A stretch of DNA of 64,000 bases, taken from NCBI GenBank assembly GCA_003555075.1, contig PWHW01000002.1, positions 96,210-160,209 on the forward strand. The letters run 5' to 3'. This document shows positions 41,520 through 50,416 of the stretch, piece by piece. Made by a program: the position numbers and the translations under genes. Each line of letters begins with the position of its first letter. Positions within the stretch are counted from its first letter, which is position 1. The notes under the pieces were generated by a model. The model worked only from the letters and a program-made list of their open reading frames with translations, had not been told where the DNA came from and did no database searches. The DNA comes from Candidatus Nealsonbacteria bacterium (GTDB lineage Bacteria; Patescibacteriota; Minisyncoccia; Minisyncoccales; PWPS01).

Positions 41520-42845
41520 TTGAAAAGATTTTTGCTTGTAATTGGTTTGCTTTTGTTTGCAGGTGTAGCGACACATTTTTACTTCTTTCCTCCTGAGAGG
41601 GAAGTAAAAGATGAAGTTCGAGAAACAAATGAAGAGGAGCTGATCGAAGAGGAAGAAAGTGGAGGGTATGTTACTTTTTGGTTTGATGACGGACTTTTGT
41701 CTACCTATGAAGTTGCATATCCTGCTTTAGAGGAGCGTGGATGGGAGGGTGCGCTTGCAATAGTGGCAGGCAGAGAAATTGCATTAGAAAAATTTGAACC
41801 AGAAGGAGATTCAATAATGAGTTGGGATCAAGTAAGGGAATTAGAAGAAAAAGGATGGGAAATATCGAGTCATTCCATGACTCATACCAATCTCTCAGAA
41901 GTAAGGGATAATGATTCCTTGAAAAAGGAGATTATTACTTCAAAAGAAATTCTTGAAGAAAAAGATTTTGAAGTGAATTCTTTTGTCTTTCCTTACGGAG
42001 ATCCCGGAAATGAAGTGGTTTATGATCTTGTTATGGAAAACTATTCCTATTGGAGATTGACCACCTCAGGTGTAAACTCTGTACCATCGACAAAGCGTTT
42101 AGAAACTCTCTTTTTGACAGAGTGTGCTGACAGAGAAGAAATTGACAAATGGATAGAAAAAACAGAGGAAAAGAGTGGTTGGCTTATTATTGTTTTGCAC
42201 TCTATTCTTGAGGAACCGATTGGTTGGTGGCAGCAAACTCCGGAGCAATTTAATATGGTATTGGAGGCTGTAGAGGAAAGTTCTTTGGAAATTGTTTTGC
42301 CCAAAGATATATTTGAAAAATATGGCTATAAAGAAGATTGCTTGTCAAATGTAGAGATCAATGAAGTTCCCAGAACAGTAATTAGTGAAAGTGATTTTAA
42401 TGATAATCAGGTAGAAATAGTTATTCCTTCAATAAACGTGAGAACTTCTTTAAAGCTTGCTTTCTCAGAAGGGGAGGAAATTGATTTTTCGTATTTAGAT
42501 GATCATCCTGTAATGATCTCGGAGAATGAAAGTCCTTTTCTTAGTTCATTAGGAGAATACGGGACAGGATTGATTCTTTGTCATCGCAATCTCTTTTTTA
42601 GAGAACTTGATAAGCTAGAAAAAGAAGAGGAGTTTATGATCGTGAAAAATGATCGTGAGATTGTTTATGAGGTTTTTGACTCTATAGAAGTTGCTCCCGA
42701 TGATGTTTGGGAGCAAGTAAAGGAGATTCATGAAAAAGGATTAAGTGCGGAGGAGTCCAATGTCATTTTGATGACTTGCACTCCCTACGGACTCGGATGG
42801 GATAGGTTACTTGTTTTCGGAAGAACGGTTGAGAATATGAATTGA
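41520..42845 (+). CDS. Polysaccharide deacetylase (CE4/NodB) - sortase fusion protein
   Basis: TM; TFWFDDG, SHSMTH, FVFPYG, IVLH; then IPSINV, CHRN, LMTCTP, DRLLV (sortase His/Cys/Arg). Confidence 0.85.
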   Translation: MKRFLLVIGLLLFAGVATHFYFFPPEREVKDEVRETNEEELIEEEESGGYVTFWFDDGLLSTYEVAYPALEERGWEGALAIVAGREIALEKFEPEGDSIMSWDQVRELEEKGWEISSHSMTHTNLSEVRDNDSLKKEIITSKEILEEKDFEVNSFVFPYGDPGNEVVYDLVMENYSYWRLTTSGVNSVPSTKRLETLFLTECADREEIDKWIEKTEEKSGWLIIVLHSILEEPIGWWQQTPEQFNMVLEAVEESSLEIVLPKDIFEKYGYKEDCLSNVEINEVPRTVISESDFNDNQVEIVIPSINVRTSLKLAFSEGEEIDFSYLDDHPVMISENESPFLSSLGEYGTGLILCHRNLFFRELDKLEKEEEFMIVKNDREIVYEVFDSIEVAPDDVWEQVKEIHEKGLSAEESNVILMTCTPYGLGWDRLLVFGRTVENMN

Positions 42846-42875
42846 TGAATCCACAAGGAATTCAACCAGGGGGGG

Positions 42876-43949
42876 GTGATATTGGTGGGAGTTTTTGCAA
42901 TACTTCCGGCGCACAATGAGGAGAAAAATATTGGCAATGCTGTTAAAGATCTTTTATTGCAAACAGTTAAAATTGAAAAGATAATTGTAGTGGCTGACAA
43001 TTGTAGCGATGGTACTGTTGAGGAAGTTAAAAGACTTTGCAGTGAATATGCCGATATTGAGCTCATGGAAACGAAAGGGAATCATTACCGTAAAGCAGGA
43101 GCAATAAACATGGCAATAGATGTGATAAGTGATGAAGATTGCGAGTTCTTGCTTGTTATGGACTCCGATTCCAGAGTGGCATTGGATTTGGTGGAAAGAG
43201 CAATGGAATCCTTTGAGAGTGAAGAAAACCTAGGGGGAGTTTGCTCTACTGCACATGTCATTAAACCTCAAAATCTACCTTCTTCTTGGATTAGGAACCT
43301 GGAAGCTCGGTTTATGGGAGCGTTGCAGAGACTTGAATATGCTGGGTTTGATGCCGAAAGAGTTGCGACTTGGAATAATGTAACTATTCTACATGGTTTA
43401 TGTGCAGTTTATAGATTCAAAGCGATAAAGGAAGCAGGAGGATATACTCTCGGACACCTTATAGAGGATTACGATCTTACAGTGAAATTAAAGAAGCTCG
43501 GTTGGCAAGCAAGGTTTAATCCAAAAATGGTTGCTTGGACAGAAGTGCCACTGAGTTTGAAATCTTTTTTCAAACAGCGACTAAGATGGATGAGAGGCGG
43601 GATTGATGTCTTGGTGGATCATGGAATAAACAGGATTACCATAGAGGATGCATTTCATCACTTTCTTTTCATCTGCCTTCTCTTGGCAATATCAGGGTTT
43701 ATAATTCTATCTTTTATTTATCACGGAGAGTGGAGGTTCGGGTTTAATCCTCATCCAATACCTATTCTTGTAGCGATTATTGGCTACCTTATAAGTCTTT
43801 ATAAATTACGCTACTTAAAAGATGCGAGATTTTCGGAGATAATTCTAAGGATTATAATTCTCCCGGAACTCTTAATTGCGATTGCATTAATGGGGGTTCG
43901 AACATATGCGTATTTTCTAGCATTATTCAAATGCTCTCAAGAATGGTAA
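42876..43949 (+). CDS. Processive GT2 glycosyltransferase (PgaC/IcaA/NodC-like)
   Basis: PAHNEE, DNCSDGT, KAGAIN, DSDS, IEDYDL, QRLRW, C-terminal TMs. Confidence 0.9.
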   Translation: MILVGVFAILPAHNEEKNIGNAVKDLLLQTVKIEKIIVVADNCSDGTVEEVKRLCSEYADIELMETKGNHYRKAGAINMAIDVISDEDCEFLLVMDSDSRVALDLVERAMESFESEENLGGVCSTAHVIKPQNLPSSWIRNLEARFMGALQRLEYAGFDAERVATWNNVTILHGLCAVYRFKAIKEAGGYTLGHLIEDYDLTVKLKKLGWQARFNPKMVAWTEVPLSLKSFFKQRLRWMRGGIDVLVDHGINRITIEDAFHHFLFICLLLAISGFIILSFIYHGEWRFGFNPHPIPILVAIIGYLISLYKLRYLKDARFSEIILRIIILPELLIAIALMGVRTYAYFLALFKCSQEW

Positions 43950-43977
43950 TAATCTTGAAGAAAGGAGGGTTGAGAAA

Positions 43978-44136
43978 ATGCCATATGGAGAAGTTGCTTT
44001 ACCGTCTACGGGTGGATTTCTTTTGGGAGGAGCAATTGGACTCTTTTACGATTGGGCCATTGCTATTGTCGTAGTGATTTTAGTTCTTTCATTAATAGGA
44101 GTGTGGAGATTGTATAGAGGTCAAAAAACAATATAA
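43978..44136 (+). CDS. 52-aa LPSTG sorting-signal microprotein (absent from ORF track)
   Basis: AAAGGAGG SD, ATG; MPYGEVA-LPSTG-hydrophobic segment-RLYRGQK; terminator follows. Confidence 0.8.
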   Translation: MPYGEVALPSTGGFLLGGAIGLFYDWAIAIVVVILVLSLIGVWRLYRGQKTI

Positions 44137-44162
44137 CACACCCTAAAAGTTCTTTCTTAAAT

Positions 44163-44191
44163 AACACGTCTTAAATTAGACGTGTTTTTTT
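44163..44191 (+). terminator. Terminator closing the three-gene operon
   Basis: AACACGTCT...AGACGTGTT followed by T tract. Confidence 0.75.
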
Positions 44192-44299
44192 GTAAAATGG
44201 ACATTATTTCTCTTGACATTTTTTTCATTTGACGTAGAATATAAGGACTAGATCCTATTTTTAAAATAGGAAGTTCACTAGTAAGAAAGGAGGAGTACA

Positions 44300-44845
44300 T
44301 TGAAAAAAATTTTAGAATGGATGGTCACAGGAATTCTGATTTTAGCGATCTTTCTTTTTATTTTTATGTTCATCGGCCCTAGGTTTGGCTGGGAAACCCA
44401 CCCTGTTCTTTCCGGTTCTATGGAGCCGGCCTTGGAGGTGGGGGGAATAATTGTTACTAAGCCTGAAAAGTTGGAAAATATTCAAAAAGGGGATATTATT
44501 ACGTTCCAAACAGAAGGGCCAAAAGTAACGCACCGTATAGTGGACATAAAAGAAATTGAAGGTGAACGATGGTTTCAAACCAAAGGAGACGCTAATAAGG
44601 AACCCGATCGTGACCTTGTCTCTTCTCAAGGAGATGTGATGAGAAAGGTCTTTCTCTACCTTCCTTATTTGGGCTTTGCCGCTCAATTTATGCAAAGCAA
44701 ATGGGCTTTCATTGTTCTTGTCGGAATTCCTTCTGTTATTTTAATAGGATGGCTTGGCAAGGATGTTTGGGAAGGAATTGAAGAAGAGAGAAGGAAAAAG
44801 AGGAAAAAAGAAGAGAATGAGGAAGATCGCAAGGAAGGAGAGTGA
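44300..44845 (+). CDS. sipW: Signal peptidase I, SipW/ER type (S26B)
   Basis: VLSGSMEP, VTHRIV, TKGDAN; own TTGACA-16-TAGAAT promoter. Confidence 0.9.
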   Translation: MKKILEWMVTGILILAIFLFIFMFIGPRFGWETHPVLSGSMEPALEVGGIIVTKPEKLENIQKGDIITFQTEGPKVTHRIVDIKEIEGERWFQTKGDANKEPDRDLVSSQGDVMRKVFLYLPYLGFAAQFMQSKWAFIVLVGIPSVILIGWLGKDVWEGIEEERRKKRKKEENEEDRKEGE

Positions 44846-44972
44846 TTTCCATCTATCGTTTTTATTACTAGTGATTGCACTTTTAAAAAGAGATAAGAGG
44901 TGTTGAGCTTAAAATTACTTCTTTGGATGTTTTACAATAATATGACTCCAAAGGAGAGAAAGGAGGAGTCAA

Positions 44973-45638
44973 TTGAAAAAAGTACTAGCTTTTTTCTTGG
45001 TACTTGCAATGAGTGTTGGCTTAGTTGGGGCAGGAACCACAGCATATTTTACTGACACTGAAGAATCTAGCAGTAATTCTTTTACGGCCGGAGTGTGGGA
45101 AACTGAGCAAGAAGAAGAAATTGAAGAAGATCTGATGATGCTTGAAGAGGAAACAGTTCAAGAAAGTGTTTATGATGAAAAGGAAGAACTTGACAACCCT
45201 GAAGAGTCCGGTAATGACGAGGGCACCGAAGGAGAGAACGACGAAGAAACCGAAAGTGATGATCCTGAAGGCGAAGAAACTAACGGTGAGGAACCGGAGA
45301 ATGAAGAATCCGAGGCTTCCGAAGAAGAATCAGGAGAAAATGATGTTTCTTGTGATTCTGACGATGAAGAATGCTCCGATGATGAAGAATCTATGAATGG
45401 TGATCCCGAAGATCCTCAGGACTCTGAAGACGGGGAATCCCAAGAAGAAGAAAGCGTATCAGACGAAGAAGAGAGCGGTGCTGATGAGTGCGTGGAAGAG
45501 GAAGATGAAGAGTCCGGTAATGACGAGGGCACCGAAGAAGAGAGCGACGAAGAAACCGAAAGTGATGATTCTGAAGGCGAAGAAACTAACGGTGAGGAAC
45601 CGGAGAGTGAAGAATCCGAAGCTTCCGGAGAAGAATAG
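44973..45638 (+). CDS. SipW-signal protein with highly acidic low-complexity body
   Basis: GAGTTAYFTDTE.S..NSFTAG SipW-cognate signal followed by D/E-rich repeats. Confidence 0.8.
   Translation: MKKVLAFFLVLAMSVGLVGAGTTAYFTDTEESSSNSFTAGVWETEQEEEIEEDLMMLEEETVQESVYDEKEELDNPEESGNDEGTEGENDEETESDDPEGEETNGEEPENEESEASEEESGENDVSCDSDDEECSDDEESMNGDPEDPQDSEDGESQEEESVSDEEESGADECVEEEDEESGNDEGTEEESDEETESDDSEGEETNGEEPESEESEASGEE
45201..45636 (+). repeat. About 130-bp intragenic direct repeat (45201-45330 and 45507-45636)
   Basis: GAAGAGTCCGGTAATGACGAGGGCACCGAA... occurs twice, 306 bp apart, with few mismatches. Confidence 0.85.
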
Positions 45639-45795
45639 GTTATTGACAAAAACTGTATAATTTGTTATACTGAAAAATTCTATTATGATCTTTCAAAAGA
45701 AAGGAGGCCGGAGTAAAGAGGTATGCGAAAAGCTCTTCCTTGGGAATTCACCAAAAACGGTGAAAAATCCAACTCAAGGAAGAAAGGAGGACTAG

Positions 45796-46404
45796 ATGAA
45801 AAAGAAGTTAGTTTTTAGTTTGTTGGCTCTTATGTTGGTGGTTGGACTTGTTGGAGCAGGTTCGTTTGCGGTTTTCAGTGATACGGAGAAAAGCGAGGAA
45901 AATGTTTTCCAAGCCGGAACGTTGGAGCTTGACGTGGAAGGTGCAGATGAAGGAGTTACGACATACAGTTTTGAAAACATCAAGCCCGGTGATATCGGTG
46001 GCTGGGATGGTCTTCACGACAATCCGCAATGGATTACTGAAAGGCCGCAGTGGACAGTTAAAAACACAGGTTCACTTCCGGGTGAGCTGACCGTCACTAT
46101 TGAGAATATTCGAGACTATGATGAAAATGACAACCAAATCGACACTGCAGACGGAGCGTTGTCATGGGCAATAGATATATGGTTTAAGGGTGGTGGCAGC
46201 AACTTCTGGGGACATCTTGGCAGGGGAGAACCAGCTCTTGTGATAGACTTAGATCCCGGTGATGAGATTACTGTGCAGTGTCAGTGGCAACTAGGCAGTG
46301 AGCCGAATGATGGCTGGAATGTTTTGCAAGGACATAGTACCGAATTTGACGTGAGGTTCTACCTGGAACAAACAGAAGAACCAACGGCGGATGTTTCACC
46401 ATAA
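45796..46404 (+). CDS. TasA/camelysin-like (M73) fibre subunit
   Basis: GAGSFAVFSDTE.SEENVFQAGTLEL, NIKPGD, VKNTGSLP, LQG..TEFDV.F.LEQ. Confidence 0.85.
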   Translation: MKKKLVFSLLALMLVVGLVGAGSFAVFSDTEKSEENVFQAGTLELDVEGADEGVTTYSFENIKPGDIGGWDGLHDNPQWITERPQWTVKNTGSLPGELTVTIENIRDYDENDNQIDTADGALSWAIDIWFKGGGSNFWGHLGRGEPALVIDLDPGDEITVQCQWQLGSEPNDGWNVLQGHSTEFDVRFYLEQTEEPTADVSP

Positions 46405-46576
46405 CACAACTTACTAATAGTCAAATTTTTGAGCAACAACTCTCTTATCTCTTTCTTCAAAGCCCGAGTTATTAAACCAAACTCGGGCTTTTTTTCTTGA
46501 CAATCCACTGATTGATGATATGGTATAAAAAATTCGTTTGTTCTCTTAAAAAAATATAAGAAAGGAGGAAAAGAAA

Positions 46577-47026
46577 GTGAAAAAAGTTTTGATCAATTTC
46601 TTTGGAGTTTTTTTATTACTTTTTTTGGTGGCAATAAGTGTTCATATAATATTTTTCAAAACTCCCGAGGTAAATATCGGAATACCCGAAAGCGCAATAT
46701 TTGATTTAGAGGAAGACGGCCATTGGTACCCCGGAAAGAGAGTAGAGAAGAAAGTGGAAATAGAGAATGCCGGAAACGTGCCTGTAAAGGTGTCCTTTTT
46801 TGCTGTTCAAAAAGAGAGCAGCCCCTTAAGAGTGAGCTTTCAGCTGCCGGAAAAAGATGGGCGCAAGATTGATCCCGGAGAAAACAAGGAGGTTTTGGTC
46901 AGAGCTTATATGCCGGCTGAAACCGGAAATGCTTTTCAAGGAGAAAGATGGAAAAAGGATTTCATTTTTCGTGCCAACAAGCAAGGTGTTTTCAAAGAGC
47001 AGGATCTTTTAAAAAGGAGGTGGTGA
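46577..47026 (+). CDS. Membrane-anchored TasA-like domain protein
   Basis: TM; WYPG, IENAGNVP, IDPGE, MPAETGNAFQG; lacks the AxFxD SipW motif. Confidence 0.65.
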   Translation: MKKVLINFFGVFLLLFLVAISVHIIFFKTPEVNIGIPESAIFDLEEDGHWYPGKRVEKKVEIENAGNVPVKVSFFAVQKESSPLRVSFQLPEKDGRKIDPGENKEVLVRAYMPAETGNAFQGERWKKDFIFRANKQGVFKEQDLLKRRW

Positions 47027-47028
47027 CA

Positions 47029-47244
47029 GTGCTGGAGCTGGAAGTAAAAAAAGGAAGGTTTGGTAATAGATCGGTAATAGAGCTTGCAAAGAATGGAAAA
47101 GTGGTCGCAACCATATATCCGGAAGGAGAGAGTGCCATAAAAATAGCAACGGACTACAGGAGAATAGAGGTGAATGATGGAAAGGAGTTCGTGCCCAATG
47201 TTCCTGTTATTATCATTGAGCCAAAAGTGGAGAATGATAAATGA
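47029..47244 (+). CDS. Small hypothetical protein
   Basis: AAAGGAGGTG SD, GTG start, terminator downstream. Confidence 0.55.
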   Translation: MLELEVKKGRFGNRSVIELAKNGKVVATIYPEGESAIKIATDYRRIEVNDGKEFVPNVPVIIIEPKVENDK

Positions 47245-47288
47245 AAGTATTAAAGCCTCTCATGCGAGAAATTGAGAGGCTTTTTTAT

Positions 47289-48011
47289 TTAACTAACAAC
47301 TGTTCCAACGTTCTCTCCAAGCGCTGCTTTTTTAAGATTTCCTTTTTTGTAGATATTGAAGACTACTATATGTATTCCATTGGTTCTGCAAAGATCCATT
47401 GCAGCATTATCCATTACCCCTATATCATCGCTTTTAAACGCTTCGTCCAAACTTAGCTCCTCGTATTTTTTCGCTTGCGGGTTTTCTCTTGGATCTTTTG
47501 AGTAAACTCCGTCCACTCCGGTAGCTTTGAAGATCGCTTGGCAATTCAATTCCAAGCATCTCATGGCGGCGGCAGTGTCGGTGGTTACAAAAGGAAGCCC
47601 GGTTCCTCCTCCTACGATCACTACTCGCCCTTTCTCAAGATGCCTTGTGGCTCTTTTTCTTATAAAAGGCTCTGCCACCGCTTTCATCTCAAAAGCCGTT
47701 TGAACTCTGGTGGATACTCCCTTTCTTTCCAGTGCATCCTGGAGTGCCATTCCGTTAAAGATCGTTGCAAGCATTCCCATATAATCCGCGGTCGTCCTAT
47801 CCATTCCTTCCTTGCTTCCCGCAACCCCTCGAAAGATATTTCCTCCTCCCACAACAACTACCGTTTCTGTGCCGGTATCATTTAGTTCTTTTATTTCATC
47901 GGCCAGATAAAAAATAAAATCGGGATCTATCCCGAATTTTTTATTTCCCATCATCGCTTCTCCCGAAAATTTTAACATTATTCTTTTGTATTTCGGACCT
48001 TCTTTTGTCAT
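47289..48011 (-). CDS. pyrH: Uridylate kinase
   Basis: LKFSGEA, VGGGNIFRG, ADYMGMLAT, TTDTAAA. Confidence 0.97.
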   Translation of the reverse strand: MTKEGPKYKRIMLKFSGEAMMGNKKFGIDPDFIFYLADEIKELNDTGTETVVVVGGGNIFRGVAGSKEGMDRTTADYMGMLATIFNGMALQDALERKGVSTRVQTAFEMKAVAEPFIRKRATRHLEKGRVVIVGGGTGLPFVTTDTAAAMRCLELNCQAIFKATGVDGVYSKDPRENPQAKKYEELSLDEAFKSDDIGVMDNAAMDLCRTNGIHIVVFNIYKKGNLKKAALGENVGTVVS

Positions 48012-48140
48012 TTTTTGAAAGCTTTAATTTTTATACCTGAAGAGAATTATAATAAAGTTTTTTTAAAAGTAAATTATTATTGACAAAATATTTCAAATTG
48101 ATTATAAGTTCCTCAATTTATAGAAAAAGGAGGGATTTTT

Positions 48141-48425
48141 TTGAGAGAAAAAGGGCGGATCATTTGCAATAATACTAGCGAAGCCATTGAAAAACTTCCA
48201 CCGAAAATCCTTGATTCTTGGAAGATGATTTTTGGAGATTTGCAGAAAGAGGAAGCAGTGTCATTTCTCAGAGATCTTTTAGGGACATTAGAAAACAACG
48301 GTAGTGGAGTTACCCTGGAAGAAATAGAACAGCTAAGAGAGGAAAAGAGGGGATTGAATCTATACGAGTTTTGCAAATGCACATCCTGCTCGCAAAGAAG
48401 ATCAAAAAAAGAGCGCTCCATATGA
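48141..48425 (+). CDS. Hypothetical protein with C-terminal CxCxxC
   Basis: Promoter, AAAGGAGG SD, TTG start, terminator hairpin at end. Confidence 0.55.
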   Translation: MREKGRIICNNTSEAIEKLPPKILDSWKMIFGDLQKEEAVSFLRDLLGTLENNGSGVTLEEIEQLREEKRGLNLYEFCKCTSCSQRRSKKERSI

Positions 48426-48475
48426 GCGCTCTTTTGCTTTGAAAAAAATATTCTTTTTGATATCCTGATACACAT

Positions 48476-49096
48476 ATGAAAAAAGAAGAACAATTAATAA
48501 TGGTGGTGAGGAATGATCTTCTCTTTAGAGATGGTTACTTTGAGGGATTCAGAGGCCCGGAAGAGGTGGATTTTCAAAGAAGGATTCTGGAAAATTTCCT
48601 TTATATGAAAAGAGGCGAGGCGGAAGAGGATGAAAGATATAAGCAACCCATCGGATATGCCGTTCTGAGGGATAAATCTACGGGAAAGATCTTTGCCTAC
48701 AGAAGAGCTTCGAAAAAAGAGGATTATAATGAAAGAAGGTTGCGCGGAAAATGGTCATGGGGAGTTGGGGGGCATGTTGATAAGCCGGACGAAAAGGGTT
48801 TGAATCCTATTAAAGGAAGCGTTTTAAGAGAGCTTGAGGAAGAGATAATCATAGAAGGGAAGGTGGAAGATATAAGGCCAATAGGGTATATCAATGATGA
48901 TTCAAATAGCGTAGGGAGAGTTCATTTTGGAATATTATATCTGGTAGATTTTTCCGGAAAAGTTTTCCCTGCAGATGCTGAAATAGAGAAAGGGGAAATG
49001 AGAACCATTAAAGAGCTAAGTGAAATGAGTGACAGTGAAAAGTGCGAAGTAGAGGATTGGTCCAAGATATCTTTACAAGCATTAAAAGAGGTATAA
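48476..49096 (+). CDS. NUDIX-family hydrolase (predicted phosphoesterase)
   Basis: YKQPIGY, SWGVGGH, RELEEE, VGRVHFG. Confidence 0.85.
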   Translation: MKKEEQLIMVVRNDLLFRDGYFEGFRGPEEVDFQRRILENFLYMKRGEAEEDERYKQPIGYAVLRDKSTGKIFAYRRASKKEDYNERRLRGKWSWGVGGHVDKPDEKGLNPIKGSVLRELEEEIIIEGKVEDIRPIGYINDDSNSVGRVHFGILYLVDFSGKVFPADAEIEKGEMRTIKELSEMSDSEKCEVEDWSKISLQALKEV

Positions 49097-49109
49097 AGAA
49101 AAAGGGGCT

Positions 49110-49535
49110 TTAAGCCCCCTTTAAGATTATTGATTTTGCCTCTCTGGCCATCTCTTCTATTAGTTTAATATCCTTGTGTGGTATTTTTTTATATATTTTT
49201 TCAAGGATCCTCCTTTTCCCGCTAATAGTATATTTGTTGAACCAAGGACAGAGAATGTTCATTTTCTTTTCCATTCCCAGTCTAAAAACAACTTGCTCTA
49301 AATTTTGTGAAAAGGGAGATATTCCGGATTCGTCAAAAGTGAAATCTTCCAAAAATCTTTCATACTTTCCTTCATATTTTGGATCCTTTTTTAATTTATG
49401 AAAAGCCAAATGAAGGTAAATCGTGTTGTGGATCATTCGGTCATCCTCCCCAAGCATGTTTATTAAGACGGCCAGAACCACATCGTTTTCCGATAAGGTT
49501 TTATTATTGCCTTTCTTTACTTTTTCAAGGGACAC
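49110..49535 (-). CDS. Hypothetical protein (possible winged-helix)
   Basis: AAAGGAGGTG SD, GTG start; ISPFSQNLEQ segment. Confidence 0.55.
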   Translation of the reverse strand: MSLEKVKKGNNKTLSENDVVLAVLINMLGEDDRMIHNTIYLHLAFHKLKKDPKYEGKYERFLEDFTFDESGISPFSQNLEQVVFRLGMEKKMNILCPWFNKYTISGKRRILEKIYKKIPHKDIKLIEEMAREAKSIILKGA

Positions 49536-49622
49536 GTGATCACCTCCTTTTTTGCTACCATAACAGAAAAAAAGTAATAGTCAAGTATAATAAAAAGCGG
49601 GATATTTCCCGCTTTTTAATAT

Positions 49623-49826
49623 TTAAGGAATGATCTCATGCTTTCGATTTCCTTCTTCATCTTCAATGATTATTCTCCCTTTTCTTTGCATTGCTTCAAT
49701 CACAAGGCCGATACTGATAAAACTTTGTAATACTTCTTTTGCGGTCATTCCTTTTTCTCTTGCTATTTCTTCCATTTTCCGATAAGCATCCTTTCTTACA
49801 GACATCCTTACTTTTCCTTTTATCAA
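49623..49826 (-). CDS. Ribbon-helix-helix-like small DNA-binding protein
   Basis: VRMSV..DAY.KMEEIA...GMTAKEVL pattern; SD plus TTG. Confidence 0.55.
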   Translation of the reverse strand: MIKGKVRMSVRKDAYRKMEEIAREKGMTAKEVLQSFISIGLVIEAMQRKGRIIIEDEEGNRKHEIIP

Positions 49827-49940
49827 AATCTTCCCTCCTCTTTAGAGTTTTTACCCCGCGTATTCTGCATTTTTTATTATTTTTGTCAATAATTTTATTG
49901 AATTTTTCTCTTTCAGGGGTTATTTTAAAATGAAAGAACC

Positions 49941-50378
49941 ATGCTTGGAAAACTAATGGGAAATAAAATATTCAGGATCTTGGTCACTTTACTGGTGATC
50001 CTCTTTGTTCTAGCTTTTTCATTTTATAGAATGGGATTTTACAAGATAGACCTTGGGGAAAGCGGTGATAAAGTGCCAAGAGCGACAGATGAGAATACGA
50101 TCGATTTCAGAGATGCTCCTGATAATATCGGTGAGAATTATTGGGTGAAAGGGGAGGTGGATCATGTTTTTCTTTCAGAGAACAAGAATTATTTTATAAA
50201 CTTTTGCGAGGATTACAGGGAATGCCCTTTTTCTGCAGTTATTTTCAAAGAAGATGCCTCACCATTTAAAGACATTGAAGCACTGGAAGGGGAGACCATA
50301 CTTTTGTACGGGGAGATTTCTCTCTATGAAGGGAGACCTCAGTTGATCATAGAGGATCCCGCTCAATTGAACCGCTAG
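49941..50378 (+). CDS. Membrane-anchored OB-fold protein
   Basis: TM; VKGEV, YFINF, FSAVIF, GEISLYEGRPQLII. Confidence 0.7.
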   Translation: MLGKLMGNKIFRILVTLLVILFVLAFSFYRMGFYKIDLGESGDKVPRATDENTIDFRDAPDNIGENYWVKGEVDHVFLSENKNYFINFCEDYRECPFSAVIFKEDASPFKDIEALEGETILLYGEISLYEGRPQLIIEDPAQLNR

Positions 50379-50416
50379 GGGCTTGAATATTTTGCTCAAT
50401 TTGTTATCATGAAACG

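Noticed and set aside
45142-45660. Lys-rich repeated ORFs 45142-45396 and 45397-45660
   Set aside because: Alternative-frame shadows of the acidic repeat gene
45723-45818. 31-aa ORF upstream of the TasA-like gene
   Set aside because: SD poorly spaced; the region is better explained as a leader hairpin
49110-49826. RHH + hypothetical pair as a toxin-antitoxin module
   Set aside because: Separated by a terminator; no recognisable toxin motif
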